From Candidatus Bathyarchaeota archaeon (GTDB lineage Archaea > Thermoproteota > Bathyarchaeia > Bathyarchaeales > Bathycorpusculaceae): a stretch of 64,000 nucleotides of DNA. How positions within the stretch are numbered: the stretch's first letter is position 1; every line of letters starts with the position of its first letter. The notes beneath the pieces were generated by a model. The model was not told where the DNA came from. It saw only the letters and a list, made by a program, of their open reading frames with translations, and searched no databases. Location of the stretch: positions 15,855-79,854 of the forward strand of contig CAWJIN010000007.1 in the NCBI GenBank assembly GCA_963842865.1, given 5' to 3'. The translations under genes were made by a program, and so were the position numbers. Positions 19,778-31,116 of the stretch are shown in pieces.

Positions 19778-20120
19778 AATAACCGCCTACCCTTTTGCTG
19801 TAACTTTCGTTTAAGCTTGTTTTCTAATTCTCCAAAGCCCTTAATCAATCTGTCTAAGCAAACATAAAGACGCTTGAGCGGTTTTCATAGTAATTTCATT
19901 TTCTGGGTCCGTTGGTTAGAGAATGTTTTCAAAAAAAAGTTCCACGTAATCGCTTCTTGACCTTTTCTGCCTGAAGCGCGCTCAATGCCCCGCTTTTCAT
20001 AAATAGTTTTAGGGATATTACTGTACTATAGTGTGGTGTGCATCTCACTGAAGATGAATTGATTGAACCATAACTAGTCTTAAATAGTTACAAATTGAAG
20101 ATGACTTTGGAGTCATCAAA

Positions 20121-20762
20121 GTGACGAACGAGCTGCTTTTCAGAGTTATCTTCTCGACTCTGTGGCTTATCTTCATTGCTAATCTAGCATGAGCAAGGTA
20201 CTCATCAAGGGAGCCAAAGAGTAAATCATCGATTGACCAGACGGCTCGACATGAAGGGCGGTTGCATATCATAGCGCTTGCATTGCTTGCTCCCTTCTGG
20301 TTCGGAGGAATAATACTCTACGCCATACTTCCCAGTTGGATAATGATTCTCTCGATTCCACTGCCTGACTGGCTCCGGTTAATCATGGTTGGCGTAGCCG
20401 CTCTGAGCATTTCATTCACGCTTTGGAGTTATCGGACGCTTGGTAAGAATTGGGTTCACGCTTTGGAACCATCGAAGTTCCTGCAGAGAAAGAGGGAGAC
20501 ACTGGTAACGAGCGGACCGTACCACTATGTTAGGAACCCGATTTATTTGGGGGCCTTCACCTTCATAGTAGCCCAAGCTCTTGTGGCTTCCAATTGGCTT
20601 AACCTTTTGCCTGTACTAGCCCTAATCACGATAATCTACTCGCAGATAAGCAAGGAGGAACTAATGCTGATTGATAAATTCGGCGACGAGTATCGTGAAT
20701 ACATGAAACGAACCCCACGATTGATCCCAAAGCCTCAACTTAAAGCCTTGGAAAAAATTTGA
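20121..20762 (+). pseudogene. Isoprenylcysteine carboxyl methyltransferase family protein with a premature stop
   Basis: LVTSGPYHYVRNPIY, EELMLIDKFGDEYREY; N-terminal TM segment from GTG 20121 is cut by in-frame TGA 20190-20192. Confidence 0.7.
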
Positions 20763-20862
20763 GACATATTGAATTTCAGAAAAAATGATGTCTGGTTAGT
20801 CCAATTCTCGCCGTTAACCTTAACTTGGAATGTGCCATATTTAGAATGCACAAGGAGAGGTT

Positions 20863-22239
20863 TTGTTGAAGAAAACAAAGATTATATGTACTGTGGGTCC
20901 CGCCAGCTCTTCAAAGCAAACGATTGAAAAAATGTTCCAAGCTGGCATGAACGGCGCAAGGATAAATACCGCTTATGGAAATCTCGCTCAGTACCAGTCG
21001 GTTATAGAAACCGTGCGGGAAGTTGCGGATATCCCCATAATAATTGACATTAAAGGACCAGAAATTAGAATCAGGGCATCTCAACGAAAGGTCATCAGCA
21101 AAGGAGATATTTTGGAAGTAGGCTTCGACGGGGAAGAAGTCTGTTTCAATCACGATTTCTATGACGAAATGGCGGTTGATGACGAAGTATACATCGATAA
21201 CGGAAAAATTAGGACCCATGTGGTTGAAAAGAAAGATCGAAAACTTCAGCTTCTTACCATGGACAGCGGCGTCATAGAAGACGGAAAAGGAGTTAACGTT
21301 CCCAATAAGCATCTTTCAGTTCCAACTTTCCCTGAGAAGGATCTGGAGATCATAAGTTTTGCAAAAAAACATGACGTCGAATACGTTGCGCTTTCATTCA
21401 CGCGGAATGCAGAAGACGTGAAAAACTTGTCTGAAACCAATGGTTTTGAAGGCGGAATAATCGCCAAGATTGAGAACTTTGAGGGTGTCCAAAACGTCGA
21501 AGAGATTTTGGAAGCCGCTGGTGGATTAATGGTTGCAAGAGGAGATTTAGGCGTTGAAATTGAACCTGAAAGAGTGCCTCTGGTTCAGAAATCCCTTATC
21601 AAATTATGCAATCAGAAGGGTAAGCTTGTCGTCACTGCGACAGAGATGCTTGAATCGATGATTAATCAACCCTGTCCAACCAGAGCCGAAGTCAGTGATG
21701 TTGCAAACGCTATACTTGACGGGTCAGATGCCGTTATGCTTTCCGGAGAAACAGCGGTTGGTCAGTATCCTGTTGATGCCGTTGAGATGATGACTCGCAT
21801 AGCGAATGAAATAGAGAAAGCCGTTAAGAGCAACGTTGAAGATACTCCGTTTATCAACATTTCTGACACGGTAAGCAGGGCAATCCAGGATATATGTCAA
21901 AGTATGCCGATTCACAAAGTTATCCCTTTAACGCGGTCAGGCTACACAGCCCGAATGATAGCTCGCTTCAAGATTGCACAACCGATAATTGCTGTCACTC
22001 CTGAAATCAAAGTAAAAAAACAACTGGAACTCATATTCGGTGTATACCCAGTTCTGATAAAATACAGCGAAGAAAAAGACCGAATATCCGCAGTTGCAAG
22101 TCAACTTCATGAAATGCGACTCGTGAATGATGAAGAAACCGTCTTGTTCACGGCGGCCATGAGAACCACAATGGAACATGCCAGTAACTCAATAGAGATA
22201 CACAACGTGAAAGAATTAAGAAAATTTGTGTCCTACTAA
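20863..22239 (+). CDS. pyk: Pyruvate kinase
   Basis: KTKIICTVGPAS, IAKIE, MVARGDLGVE, PTRAEVSDVANA, MLSGETA. Confidence 0.98.
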   Translation: MLKKTKIICTVGPASSSKQTIEKMFQAGMNGARINTAYGNLAQYQSVIETVREVADIPIIIDIKGPEIRIRASQRKVISKGDILEVGFDGEEVCFNHDFYDEMAVDDEVYIDNGKIRTHVVEKKDRKLQLLTMDSGVIEDGKGVNVPNKHLSVPTFPEKDLEIISFAKKHDVEYVALSFTRNAEDVKNLSETNGFEGGIIAKIENFEGVQNVEEILEAAGGLMVARGDLGVEIEPERVPLVQKSLIKLCNQKGKLVVTATEMLESMINQPCPTRAEVSDVANAILDGSDAVMLSGETAVGQYPVDAVEMMTRIANEIEKAVKSNVEDTPFINISDTVSRAIQDICQSMPIHKVIPLTRSGYTARMIARFKIAQPIIAVTPEIKVKKQLELIFGVYPVLIKYSEEKDRISAVASQLHEMRLVNDEETVLFTAAMRTTMEHASNSIEIHNVKELRKFVSY

Positions 22240-22322
22240 AGAATGGACATTTTTGGTGAAAATAAAGCTTGTATTTTGAACGGTGGCAATAACGCGATGG
22301 ATGGAGTATGAAGGGAGCAACA

Positions 22323-22712
22323 CTAAGTCGTATCAACGACCAATCTGACCATTAAGGGTCGTCCGCGGTCAATCTCAACAATTCCAAGACTTTCAAGAAC
22401 AGATGTTACATGACTAGCTTCGGATGAATGAGTCTTACCGTGACTCCAAAATTCATCTATATAATCCTGAAGGCTATTTTTTGGAGCAACACCAAATTTT
22501 GGACCTATTCTAACCCAGTTTTTACCTCTGAGAAAATTAGGTATTCCGTCCCAACAAATTTTCGGAGTTTTGGAGAAAGGTTTTTTCTTGGCATCTTTAA
22601 AGAAAACTATTTTGTCTCCTTCATAATTGATTCTAAACGGGTTTCTTTTTTTAGGAGTACAAAAAACAGCTTCGGGTGGTATTTTCCTTTTTACGGTGTC
22701 AAATAATGACAT
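22323..22712 (-). CDS. Hypothetical basic protein with a possible C-terminal winged helix
   Basis: ORF ends in ASHVTSVLESLGIVEI. Confidence 0.55.
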   Translation of the reverse strand: MSLFDTVKRKIPPEAVFCTPKKRNPFRINYEGDKIVFFKDAKKKPFSKTPKICWDGIPNFLRGKNWVRIGPKFGVAPKNSLQDYIDEFWSHGKTHSSEASHVTSVLESLGIVEIDRGRPLMVRLVVDTT

Positions 22713-22807
22713 CCAACATCTGAGAGTTTTATGGAATGACCAAGTATTTGAGTTTTTCATTACTACAAGGATTGCCATTTCTTAAATCTGCTTGCGTTTG
22801 TGATTTT

Positions 22808-23239
22808 ATGCAATTTTTTACGGTAACTGATGAATCCAATGTAAAACATAAAGTTCTCATAATACCCTTAAGCGACACAGAAATGAATGAAGTTTCAGGT
22901 CAATGCGCAAAATGCATTCCGTCAATTTTTATTTCTTCTCTGGTTAAAATGGGACATCCATACGTAATTGTTGATTTTGGCGGTGGCGACGCATGGAAAA
23001 CAGCCATAGCACTTGATGAAGCCTCTGAGGATGGACATAAAGTCGGCGACGAATTGGCAGTTGGAGATGTTTTAACGGTGATTTTAACATCTAAGTCAAG
23101 AGCGGTTAACATTTCTAAGGACAAAGTTTACATGAACGTTCCTTTGGAAGAAGTGTTAATCTTTAGTTTTCTGTACACGGCGGACATGGCGGAAAACTAC
23201 GCTTTATTCAAGATGTATAAGCAGCCGAAAGGCGAATAA
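22808..23239 (+). CDS. Hypothetical protein
   Basis: 143-aa ORF. Confidence 0.5.
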   Translation: MQFFTVTDESNVKHKVLIIPLSDTEMNEVSGQCAKCIPSIFISSLVKMGHPYVIVDFGGGDAWKTAIALDEASEDGHKVGDELAVGDVLTVILTSKSRAVNISKDKVYMNVPLEEVLIFSFLYTADMAENYALFKMYKQPKGE

Positions 23240-23267
23240 ACACTCTTTAATCACGCAGTATTTGCTG

Positions 23268-23921
23268 TCACTTAACTAGGTAACGTAAGAACCAATCTGT
23301 CGATAGTTTAGCGACTTCTTCAAGTGTACCTGGTTCCTCAAAAAGGTGAGTTGCGCCTAGGACAATTACCAGCTTCTTTTCAGCAGACATTTGCTCCATC
23401 GCCTGCCTGTTTAGCTCAATCACCTCAGTATCCAAACTGCCCACCAACATGAGAGTTGGCGCTACTACTTTGGGAAGATAATCAGTTGCCAAGTCAGGGC
23501 GTCCTCCACGCGAAACTACAGCCGCAATGTCCTCTGGAAGCTTTGCAGCTGCAATCAAAGCCGCCGCCGCGCCTGTACTTGCTCCAAAGTAGCCGAAGGC
23601 GCAATTGTTTGCTATGGGGCTTTTTTTGAGCCATTCAGTTGCAGCTATAAGGCGCTTAGCCAGCAAGCCAATGTTGAACCTGTATCCTCCAGTTACTATA
23701 TCTTCTTGGTCCTCTTCATCGGTGAGCAAGTCAAATAGTAGTGTTCCGATTTTTTGGACGTTTAAGATTTTTGCGACATATTGGTTTCTTGTGCTGAATC
23801 TGCTGCTGCCGCTCCCATGCGCGAATAACACGAGGCGTCTAGCGCCTGAAGGAACGGTTAAGTTGCCTTCTACAACTACGTTGCCAACGGGAATTCTAAC
23901 AGCTGTTTCTTGATGAATCAT
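23268..23921 (-). CDS. Alpha/beta hydrolase, dienelactone hydrolase-like
   Basis: FAHGSGSSR, GYFGASTG nucleophile elbow, SRGGRPDL, GATHLFEE. Confidence 0.92.
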   Translation of the reverse strand: MIHQETAVRIPVGNVVVEGNLTVPSGARRLVLFAHGSGSSRFSTRNQYVAKILNVQKIGTLLFDLLTDEEDQEDIVTGGYRFNIGLLAKRLIAATEWLKKSPIANNCAFGYFGASTGAAAALIAAAKLPEDIAAVVSRGGRPDLATDYLPKVVAPTLMLVGSLDTEVIELNRQAMEQMSAEKKLVIVLGATHLFEEPGTLEEVAKLSTDWFLRYLVK

Positions 23922-24601
23922 GCCGTCACTCCCCCCGCTGTTTTCTCACGACTTTTCTGTTTGCTTTGTTTGAGAAGCTGGATTACTTCCTCGTCGGTGG
24001 TTTGGCTAAAATCCTTGTAGAATTGTCCTATGGCTTGGAAATATTCGGGAGTGTAGAGGCATACGACGCGGTCTGCTTGTTTTTTTAACTCTTTAATGGT
24101 TGAAGGTGGACCAACTGGAACGGCAACGGTAACGGCTTTTGCACCCCTGTTTTTAACCGAAGCCAAAGCCGCTTTCATAGTTGAGCCTGTAGCTATCCCA
24201 TCATCCACAATAATAACATCATGACCTCGCAAGTTGGGGTAAGGCTCGTTTTGTCTGTAAAATTTTAGCCTGCGCTCGATTTCACGTTTTTGCCGCTCGC
24301 TCTCTTCTTTAATAAAGTCCTCTGGTACCCCTATGTAGTTAATTAGGTTGTTGTCGAGGATTATGGTTCCATCCTCAGTCATAGCTCCAATAGCCAACTC
24401 AGGATTATCAGGCGCACCAATTTTATGCGGAATAATAACGTCCAAAGGAAGGCGGAGCGCTTTAGCGATTTCATAACCTACAACTACGCCGCCCCGTGGA
24501 ATCGCTAAAACAATAGCGTTTTTGCCGTTTTTGCCAGTAAAATCCGCCAGGGCTGAAGCCAAGCGTTTTCCAGCTTCAATCCTATTAGCAAAATAAGCCA
24601 T
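23918..24601 (-). CDS. Phosphoribosyltransferase family protein
   Basis: PRGGV, IVDDGIATGST PRPP loop; overlaps the hydrolase start. Confidence 0.92.
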   Translation of the reverse strand: MAYFANRIEAGKRLASALADFTGKNGKNAIVLAIPRGGVVVGYEIAKALRLPLDVIIPHKIGAPDNPELAIGAMTEDGTIILDNNLINYIGVPEDFIKEESERQKREIERRLKFYRQNEPYPNLRGHDVIIVDDGIATGSTMKAALASVKNRGAKAVTVAVPVGPPSTIKELKKQADRVVCLYTPEYFQAIGQFYKDFSQTTDEEVIQLLKQSKQKSREKTAGGVTA

Positions 24602-24809
24602 TTTTATTCCTCAGAAAATTTACTATCTACATTAAGAGCAGATTGAGATATAAAAGCAGTGTTATGCATTATAGATGCAACTCGTTTTCAAAAGCTCTTT
24701 ACCTTTGGACTTCTATAAGCATTAGTCCAGTAAATGCCTTGGAACCACAAAATATTAAGAGGCAGAAAAAACAAATCACTGCTAAATAAGGAACCTCGAG
24801 TTCGGTATG

Positions 24810-27212
24810 TTAGGTTTTTTTGATCAGCTGCAGGTTTTCTTTATCGAAGGTGAATTCGCTGAATCTTTGTGTATAGTAGAGTCTTAGGTACTCGCCTGCA
24901 AACTTTGCTTGGAATGGAAGGTCTTGCAGTGAAATGCGTTTCTTCTGTTTTAATTGTTCTTCAATAGCTGCTTCCGCTGTTGGATAGTTAAGCAGAAATT
25001 CTTTCTGCTCAGTATAAACCGCCAATGTCTGTACTGCCTCATCAACGTAAGACAGGTAATTGGGCAAGTTTTCCATTATTTGATTAATCTTGTAGTTTGA
25101 GGGGTTTGAGAGACTTTCGGTTGCTTTCTTTAGGCGTTCACGCAAGGTGCTGTTTTTCTCCCACATATAATCTTTTGTTGGAAGCAAACGCTCAATCGAG
25201 TCTTCCTCAGTAATCAATTCAGTATACAGCATGGAAAGCAAGTCTTTGGAGATGTTGAGGAAAGATTGAATGTCATCATTCAATGTGACAACATCTACGA
25301 TGTTCATCTGGTCCTCCTCAACCTTCTTCTCTGCTATTAATTTCATTGACTCAGCTTTTTTGGCGTAATCCAGCACTTTGGGCAGGTTCTCACCAAAAAT
25401 CGGCCGCAAAACCTCGCTTTCACTGCTCAAGTCTGCAATTGGCGTTAAGGAGTTTTTAAGGTACTTCATTGATGTCAGGATTTCAGCGCCATACTGCTTC
25501 TTCCAATTATTCAACGAACTGTACAGTGCTTCTATAGCGATCCATGGTGACTCTTTTTGTTCAAGCTTTTGCAAAGTGAACTCTATTGCCCTGCTTTTTT
25601 CTGGAAGACTCGGATCATACAAAGGTCTAATAACTCCATAAATTGGCTCAGCAATTTGAACAACATCCTGGGCAAGAACTCTTCCTCCGTCTAAGATTTG
25701 TTTGATGGCTTCTATTCTTGCATCTAACGGCATCTCTTTTTGAAAATCAGCGTTCACCGTTGATTTCACGTCTAAGCCGCTGTCTTTAAGTTTTCCAATC
25801 CAGTCAGAAAATTCACAGTTTACAAAAATCTGGTATTCAGATAGTATAGCGTTTAATTCTGACTCTAAATCGTCAATACTTTTGCTTACCTTTTCTAACT
25901 CCTGCAGTTTCTGATTTAGATCTGCCGCTTCGTAAAAGTGCATCGCTGACTTTTTCAGAGTATCTTCAAGTGAGTCTTTGATAACTAACATTTTTCCTTC
26001 AGGAGAACTTACATCCACAGGAATATTCTCCTTGACGTTATCTAGTTGACCCTCGAAAATCTTCAATCTGTCCATAAGCGCTTTAGCTTTCTGTACGATC
26101 TCTGGATCTGTCGCCGTTTGCTTAGGAGTGTAATTAAAGGCTACGGGAAAAGTAAACAGAAACGTCGCCAAAATTCCCAACACTATTGTTGAAGAACTAA
26201 CATCAGCCGTGAAAGCCAAAGGCACTTGAAGAGCACTCAAAAGAATAAAGAATAAGGCTGCCACAATGGTGGCAGCGAAACATGGAAAAATCCTATTGAT
26301 ACTGCCGATTGAGCTCTCCTTAACGAAAAGTCTTAAAAAGAAAATAAGCGCCAAAGAAAGCCCCACCAGAATGATGACGAACATGATTAGGCCAGGAGCA
26401 GAATCACGATATTGCGATAACGCAGCGCTAAGGGTGCGCCCAGTGGAAGTGGGAATCCACGTAAGCTGACCGGTGATTGTATAAACAACTTGGGATGTGG
26501 TATACAGTCGAAACTGGCCAATTGCCGAATCAAGATTGGTGAAAATTGAGTTTAAAGCAATAAAAAGTGGCGGACTTGAACCGGCTGCATTCCACCAATC
26601 AGGTCTAGCAATGAGTGAAACGGTATATTTAAAGTACTGAAGAATTTGAAGGGGCACCGAAATCAAGGCATAATAGACGACTGTTAAGGCAACGTATTTT
26701 TTGAAGTATACCGCTGAAGCCAAAATCAATGGAATAGCCAAAAAATATATTGGAGCAAAGAAAAGCATCGTAACAGCTAATATGCCCAAATCAATGGCGA
26801 GAGCGCTCTTGTAGCGGTGAAAAACTACGGGTAAACCAATAAACAATGTCATCCAGACAACAACCACCGCTACGCGAACCGGTGTAGCCCCGAGATAGGA
26901 AATAAATTGCAATTCGGCCAAATGGTACAGCAAGCCTAACCCAATAATAGCGCCGCCGATGGGTATTCCATACATTGGATACTGAAAAGTTATAAACGCC
27001 ACCAAAACAGCAAGTATAATCGGCAATGGTTGAGGAAAAAGAGGCAAAAAAGACATCCCAAACGCCATAGCAACAAGCGTTACCAAAAAAGTAATTATTT
27101 TCAGATATCGAGGCTCAAGGTTGCGTTCCTGCTCTTCCTTCTCCTTTCTCTTCTGCATCGTTTTTTTGAACCAAGATTTTAGGCCGGTATCTTTTTGGGA
27201 GGGCTTCGTCAA
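24810..27212 (-). CDS. Large membrane protein, ~9-10 N-terminal TM helices plus ~440-aa helical/coiled-coil domain
   Basis: Hydropathy pattern and heptad-rich C-terminal half; divergent from the tubulin-like gene across 45 bp. Confidence 0.75.
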   Translation of the reverse strand: MTKPSQKDTGLKSWFKKTMQKRKEKEEQERNLEPRYLKIITFLVTLVAMAFGMSFLPLFPQPLPIILAVLVAFITFQYPMYGIPIGGAIIGLGLLYHLAELQFISYLGATPVRVAVVVVWMTLFIGLPVVFHRYKSALAIDLGILAVTMLFFAPIYFLAIPLILASAVYFKKYVALTVVYYALISVPLQILQYFKYTVSLIARPDWWNAAGSSPPLFIALNSIFTNLDSAIGQFRLYTTSQVVYTITGQLTWIPTSTGRTLSAALSQYRDSAPGLIMFVIILVGLSLALIFFLRLFVKESSIGSINRIFPCFAATIVAALFFILLSALQVPLAFTADVSSSTIVLGILATFLFTFPVAFNYTPKQTATDPEIVQKAKALMDRLKIFEGQLDNVKENIPVDVSSPEGKMLVIKDSLEDTLKKSAMHFYEAADLNQKLQELEKVSKSIDDLESELNAILSEYQIFVNCEFSDWIGKLKDSGLDVKSTVNADFQKEMPLDARIEAIKQILDGGRVLAQDVVQIAEPIYGVIRPLYDPSLPEKSRAIEFTLQKLEQKESPWIAIEALYSSLNNWKKQYGAEILTSMKYLKNSLTPIADLSSESEVLRPIFGENLPKVLDYAKKAESMKLIAEKKVEEDQMNIVDVVTLNDDIQSFLNISKDLLSMLYTELITEEDSIERLLPTKDYMWEKNSTLRERLKKATESLSNPSNYKINQIMENLPNYLSYVDEAVQTLAVYTEQKEFLLNYPTAEAAIEEQLKQKKRISLQDLPFQAKFAGEYLRLYYTQRFSEFTFDKENLQLIKKT

Positions 27213-27257
27213 GCAATCTACCTAAAGCCTTATTTTAACTAACTGTTCTTAAAGGTT

Positions 27258-28406
27258 ATGCAGGTACCTCTGATGAACGATGAAACAAACGGTTTTGACG
27301 TTTTAGAAAACGTTAAAAAACATATAGAATCCTTAAAACCATTACTACCCAAGCAAGCCTTGGTTTGCATTGGCGAATATCCCATTAAGATATTGTTAAA
27401 AGAACCATACCTTAACAACAGTGACGAAGTGTTGCCTATTCTCATTGGAAAATCTAGAGATGAGGTCCTTAAATGGATTCCCAAGGGATTTGACCCGAAT
27501 CTCGTTTTGGGCTTTGAAGACGCAAACATTGATACTCACTTCTGGTATGATGTATTACCATTTATTTCACAAAACGAAGCGTTAATTGAAAGTTTAAAAG
27601 GAAAACCTATCGAAAAACTGCACAGCGCGATAATAGTTGCATCAATATGGGATGGAATCGGCAGCGCTTCATTACCAACCGTGATATCGAAACTCAAGGC
27701 CTCAAACATAAATTCATTATCCTTAGCTATCTTGCCTTCAAAAATACAGCTTACAGAAGCATACTTCAACTCGCTTGCATCATTAGGAATGTGTGCATCT
27801 GGCGATGCCGCAACACTTGTGCTCTTGGACAGAGACTTGCTTGAAAACTATGAAGGAGTCGATAGAAATGGCTCCCTTATAAAAGGTAACATGGTTGCCA
27901 ATTACCTAGTAAACCTGTTGCTAGTTAAAGAAACCCTTATCCAAGAAATATCCGAGTTATCTAGAACATTCAACGTTAAAATGTACTCTGTTCTATTAGC
28001 GACAGGTGCAAGCTTGAAAATCTACGGTTCAATAGAGAACATGCTTAACGCAGCCTTGATTAGACCTTTTTTCACGTTTGACCTATCAAGCGCCTCTTTA
28101 CTTTACGTTCTTATCCGCATGCCCTTTCACCTGAAAGAGAAGCTTCCAAGAGGAACAATTGAGTTAGCAATAGCCAACTGGTCCAAGGATAAAGCGGCCC
28201 TTGAATCAATTTACGTAACCGACCTGATTTACGTGGAGGATAGCAGTGACCGAATAGACGTAGCTATGTTCGTAGGCGGCTTTGAGACAACGACAATTTT
28301 TGCAGCGTTAGAGAAAAAGCTTACAAGGATGAAGAATCAAGCATTTAAAAAAGGGTCGATAACTGAAGAAAAATGGCAGGCAATCGTAAAAAGTTTAGTG
28401 GAATAA
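27258..28406 (+). CDS. Divergent tubulin/FtsZ/CetZ-fold protein with degenerate GTP-binding motifs
   Basis: LVCIGEYP (T1-like), IVASIWDGIGSASLP (degenerate GGGTGSG), AILPS, NSLASL, VLLDRD, CetZ-like C-domain AALIRP..FDLSSAS. Confidence 0.65.
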   Translation: MQVPLMNDETNGFDVLENVKKHIESLKPLLPKQALVCIGEYPIKILLKEPYLNNSDEVLPILIGKSRDEVLKWIPKGFDPNLVLGFEDANIDTHFWYDVLPFISQNEALIESLKGKPIEKLHSAIIVASIWDGIGSASLPTVISKLKASNINSLSLAILPSKIQLTEAYFNSLASLGMCASGDAATLVLLDRDLLENYEGVDRNGSLIKGNMVANYLVNLLLVKETLIQEISELSRTFNVKMYSVLLATGASLKIYGSIENMLNAALIRPFFTFDLSSASLLYVLIRMPFHLKEKLPRGTIELAIANWSKDKAALESIYVTDLIYVEDSSDRIDVAMFVGGFETTTIFAALEKKLTRMKNQAFKKGSITEEKWQAIVKSLVE

Positions 28407-28426
28407 AAAAGGAGTTAAGCTCCTTT

Positions 28427-31110
28427 TTACTTTGTGTTTTTGTTGGTGTTATTGATGTTTTCGTTGCTTCCGTTAAGTTCTTTAACAATTTCTGTTGCTG
28501 CTACACCGTGCTCAAGTAGGTATGATCTTGCGAGATGCCTCTCGAAATCGTTTGATTTGCTGTAGAGCAGTTGCATTTCGTCGAATGCTTCCATGTCTTC
28601 GGCTTTTGCTCTGCCGCCAACTACTAGAATTCTTGTTGTCCATGGATCCCGTGACTCGGTTACTCGAACGGTGATGGTTCTTGCCACTTCACTGGTGACA
28701 TATCCTGCTAGTGCAGTGTATACTTCTTGAGACATGTCTTCGGTCCACATGTTTGGAGGAGTCGAAACGGTGACCCAGATATAGTCTGTCCTGTAGGATG
28801 GTTTGAATCCCATGATGCTTGGTGTTTTGAAGGCTCTGATTACGCTCTTCATGTAGTCTCTGAAATGATCCATGTCTAGTATGTCTCTAGTATAACGTCA
28901 CTTGTCAGCAATTCTTCTTGCTCAGTTAATATCTTAAATATTATCTTTCTCTGTTCATTTTCAGTAAGTTCGGCTGTTTTTTCAAAGTACTTCTTCGGTT
29001 GGGCAATTTTAGCGAGTCTTCCCTGATAATCATTTTGCATATCGACAATTTTGGTTAGACGCTTGCGGTAATCAGATATTAACTCTATCTTCTTTGACAA
29101 ATCTTCGTACAATTTGATTGAGCTATCCGCTTCATTTAAATTATCGAGAGCAATGGCTTCTTCAGTTTCTATCCTTTTGAGATCTCTATCAAGCTGAAGT
29201 AGTTGTTCTCTTGCATACCTCTTTGAACTGAACGTTTTTCTAAGTTGGGCTTCCATCTTAGATTTATCGAATTCTTTTCTTTTCTTTGATTCTTGTATCC
29301 TCATTACTTCATTGTCAAGGGTGTTCCGTTTTCCTTGGCGCTTAAGCGTGATTTCGTTTATGTATGCGAGGTGTTCCTCAATCATTTTTGCTTCGTCAGA
29401 AGGTGTTCTAAGCATCAATTGAACTAAGAGGTAGATTGTTGCCAGTTCAGATTGTATGTCTTTCAAGTCGTTCCGTTCAGATGTGCATTCTGGCATAGCC
29501 TCGTAGTACCTGACCAACGCATCGGTTAAGTATCTGGTTTCGTCGTAGAATTTGAGGGTGTTTAGGGATTTCTCAGCAATCTCTGCAATATTGACGAAAT
29601 CGTCTAGAATTCTCTTTTGCCTTACAGTGAAAACTTGTGAGCTTGGAATCAGCTGTTTCAACCGTTCAATAATGGCTGCTTTTCGCTCAGAGAATTCAAG
29701 GTATGTCTTTGTCAAGGTCGAAAGCAAGGCTTCAAGGCTGTCGATTTTCCTTGCGCCGTCTTTTTTGAGTGTAAGGTTGATTATGGCTTCTTCTATTGGG
29801 CCTGGTTTACCCATGAACCTGATTGTAGAGAGCCACCTTCTTAATTCGCTCATCCAGTTTTTGACTTGTATCTCGATACCTTTGACGTGTAATTCTAAGT
29901 CATCTTCCATCCGTGGGTTGCTGGTAATCACTGCTTTGATTTTTTCTTCAAATTGCTCCTCGTTGAAATTGCCTGTTTTTATTAGATAGTTTTTGTAGTA
30001 TTCCTTTGCTGTGTCATAGTTATTTTTGATTAAAGAATTCATTGCATCCAGTAACTCGAGCTTTTCTTTGCGGTGCTCTTGCTCCAATTGTATGCTGTCA
30101 AAATTCACCTTGAAAGCTGCTATGTACTCATCCACTGGATAAATTACTTTCATCATGCCCAGAGTATGCGATGAGTTATTAGTTAGCCCCACTTCTGTCC
30201 CTATTCCACCCATCAAGTCTGCTAAGTCAAAATCCATTAGAACGTAAAGCATATCCACAACCATGTCATCCATTTCTTTTCGAGCTGAAACTATGTTGCC
30301 TACTTTTGAAAACGCTGGAAGTAATGGCAGGTAGACAAGGGCGTTCAAGGGGTTTCGGTACAGGTCGCCGAACCTTTTCGTGACATATTCATTATAATCT
30401 TTATTCAGTAAGAGAGACAGCTCATTCATTGCGGTAAATGCCGAGCAGCCTTTTGCTGGAGGATCATCTCCGCCACATGGAGTGATAACAAAAGCTATGA
30501 TGGGTATACCTGAGCCTAAGACTTTTCGCAAGTGCCTAGTGAAATCAAAGAAGATGCCGCTTCCTGTTCCTCCTCCTAAGCCATAAAATACAATTACAGT
30601 TGGAGTAATAATTGATGCGAGTGCTTGCTCCTTGAAAACGTTTATGCAATTCCGTATTATTCCAAGCTGATAATAGTTTAAAGCGTAAATTGCTTTTGCC
30701 AATGCTCTTCTTCTGCCTGCGCCTCCAGCCATGGGTGGAATAGCCATTGTTGATTGAAGCCATGGGGTGAAGTCGTCAAGTTTAGCTCCTTCACCTACTA
30801 GGTACTCATTATATTTTTGGTTAATGAAGTCGAACATTGCCTCAGCTGTTGGGAACTTCACTGACTGGGCAACTAAACGCATTCTCTCTGCTGGGATACC
30901 TGCTTTAACCATCGACCTATTTATTCTCTCGTCAGTCTCTAGCAAGCTTCTGATTTCTGGGTCAGCTATGTCGATTGCTAAAAGGGAGAGACGAGTAATA
31001 TCGGTCTCCATCAGTTCCATGGTTTTTTTATTCGAAAGGAACGCTTCGACTATGTTAGTTCCAGCTGAACCGAGACCAATCAAATGAACGCTGTTTTGGT
31101 AGATTTTCGT
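28427..31110 (-). CDS. Tubulin/FtsZ-like GTPase with long coiled-coil insertion (Tubulin_2/FtsZl1-like), split by a 1-nt frameshift at ~28885
   Basis: HLIGLGSAG, AIDIAD, GGAGRRR, GLGGGTGSG, DFDLADL (T7); ORFs 28876-31083 and 28427-28873 join as ILRDILDMDHF if one base is added; likely ACG start at 31110. Confidence 0.85.
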
Positions 31111-31116
31111 CTCTTA

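Noticed and set aside
20190-20192. Selenocysteine or TGA recoding in the ICMT-like gene (also TGA at 47360)
   Set aside because: The ICMT position fits Trp rather than Cys, no SECIS is evident, and TGA is used as a normal stop in many genes here
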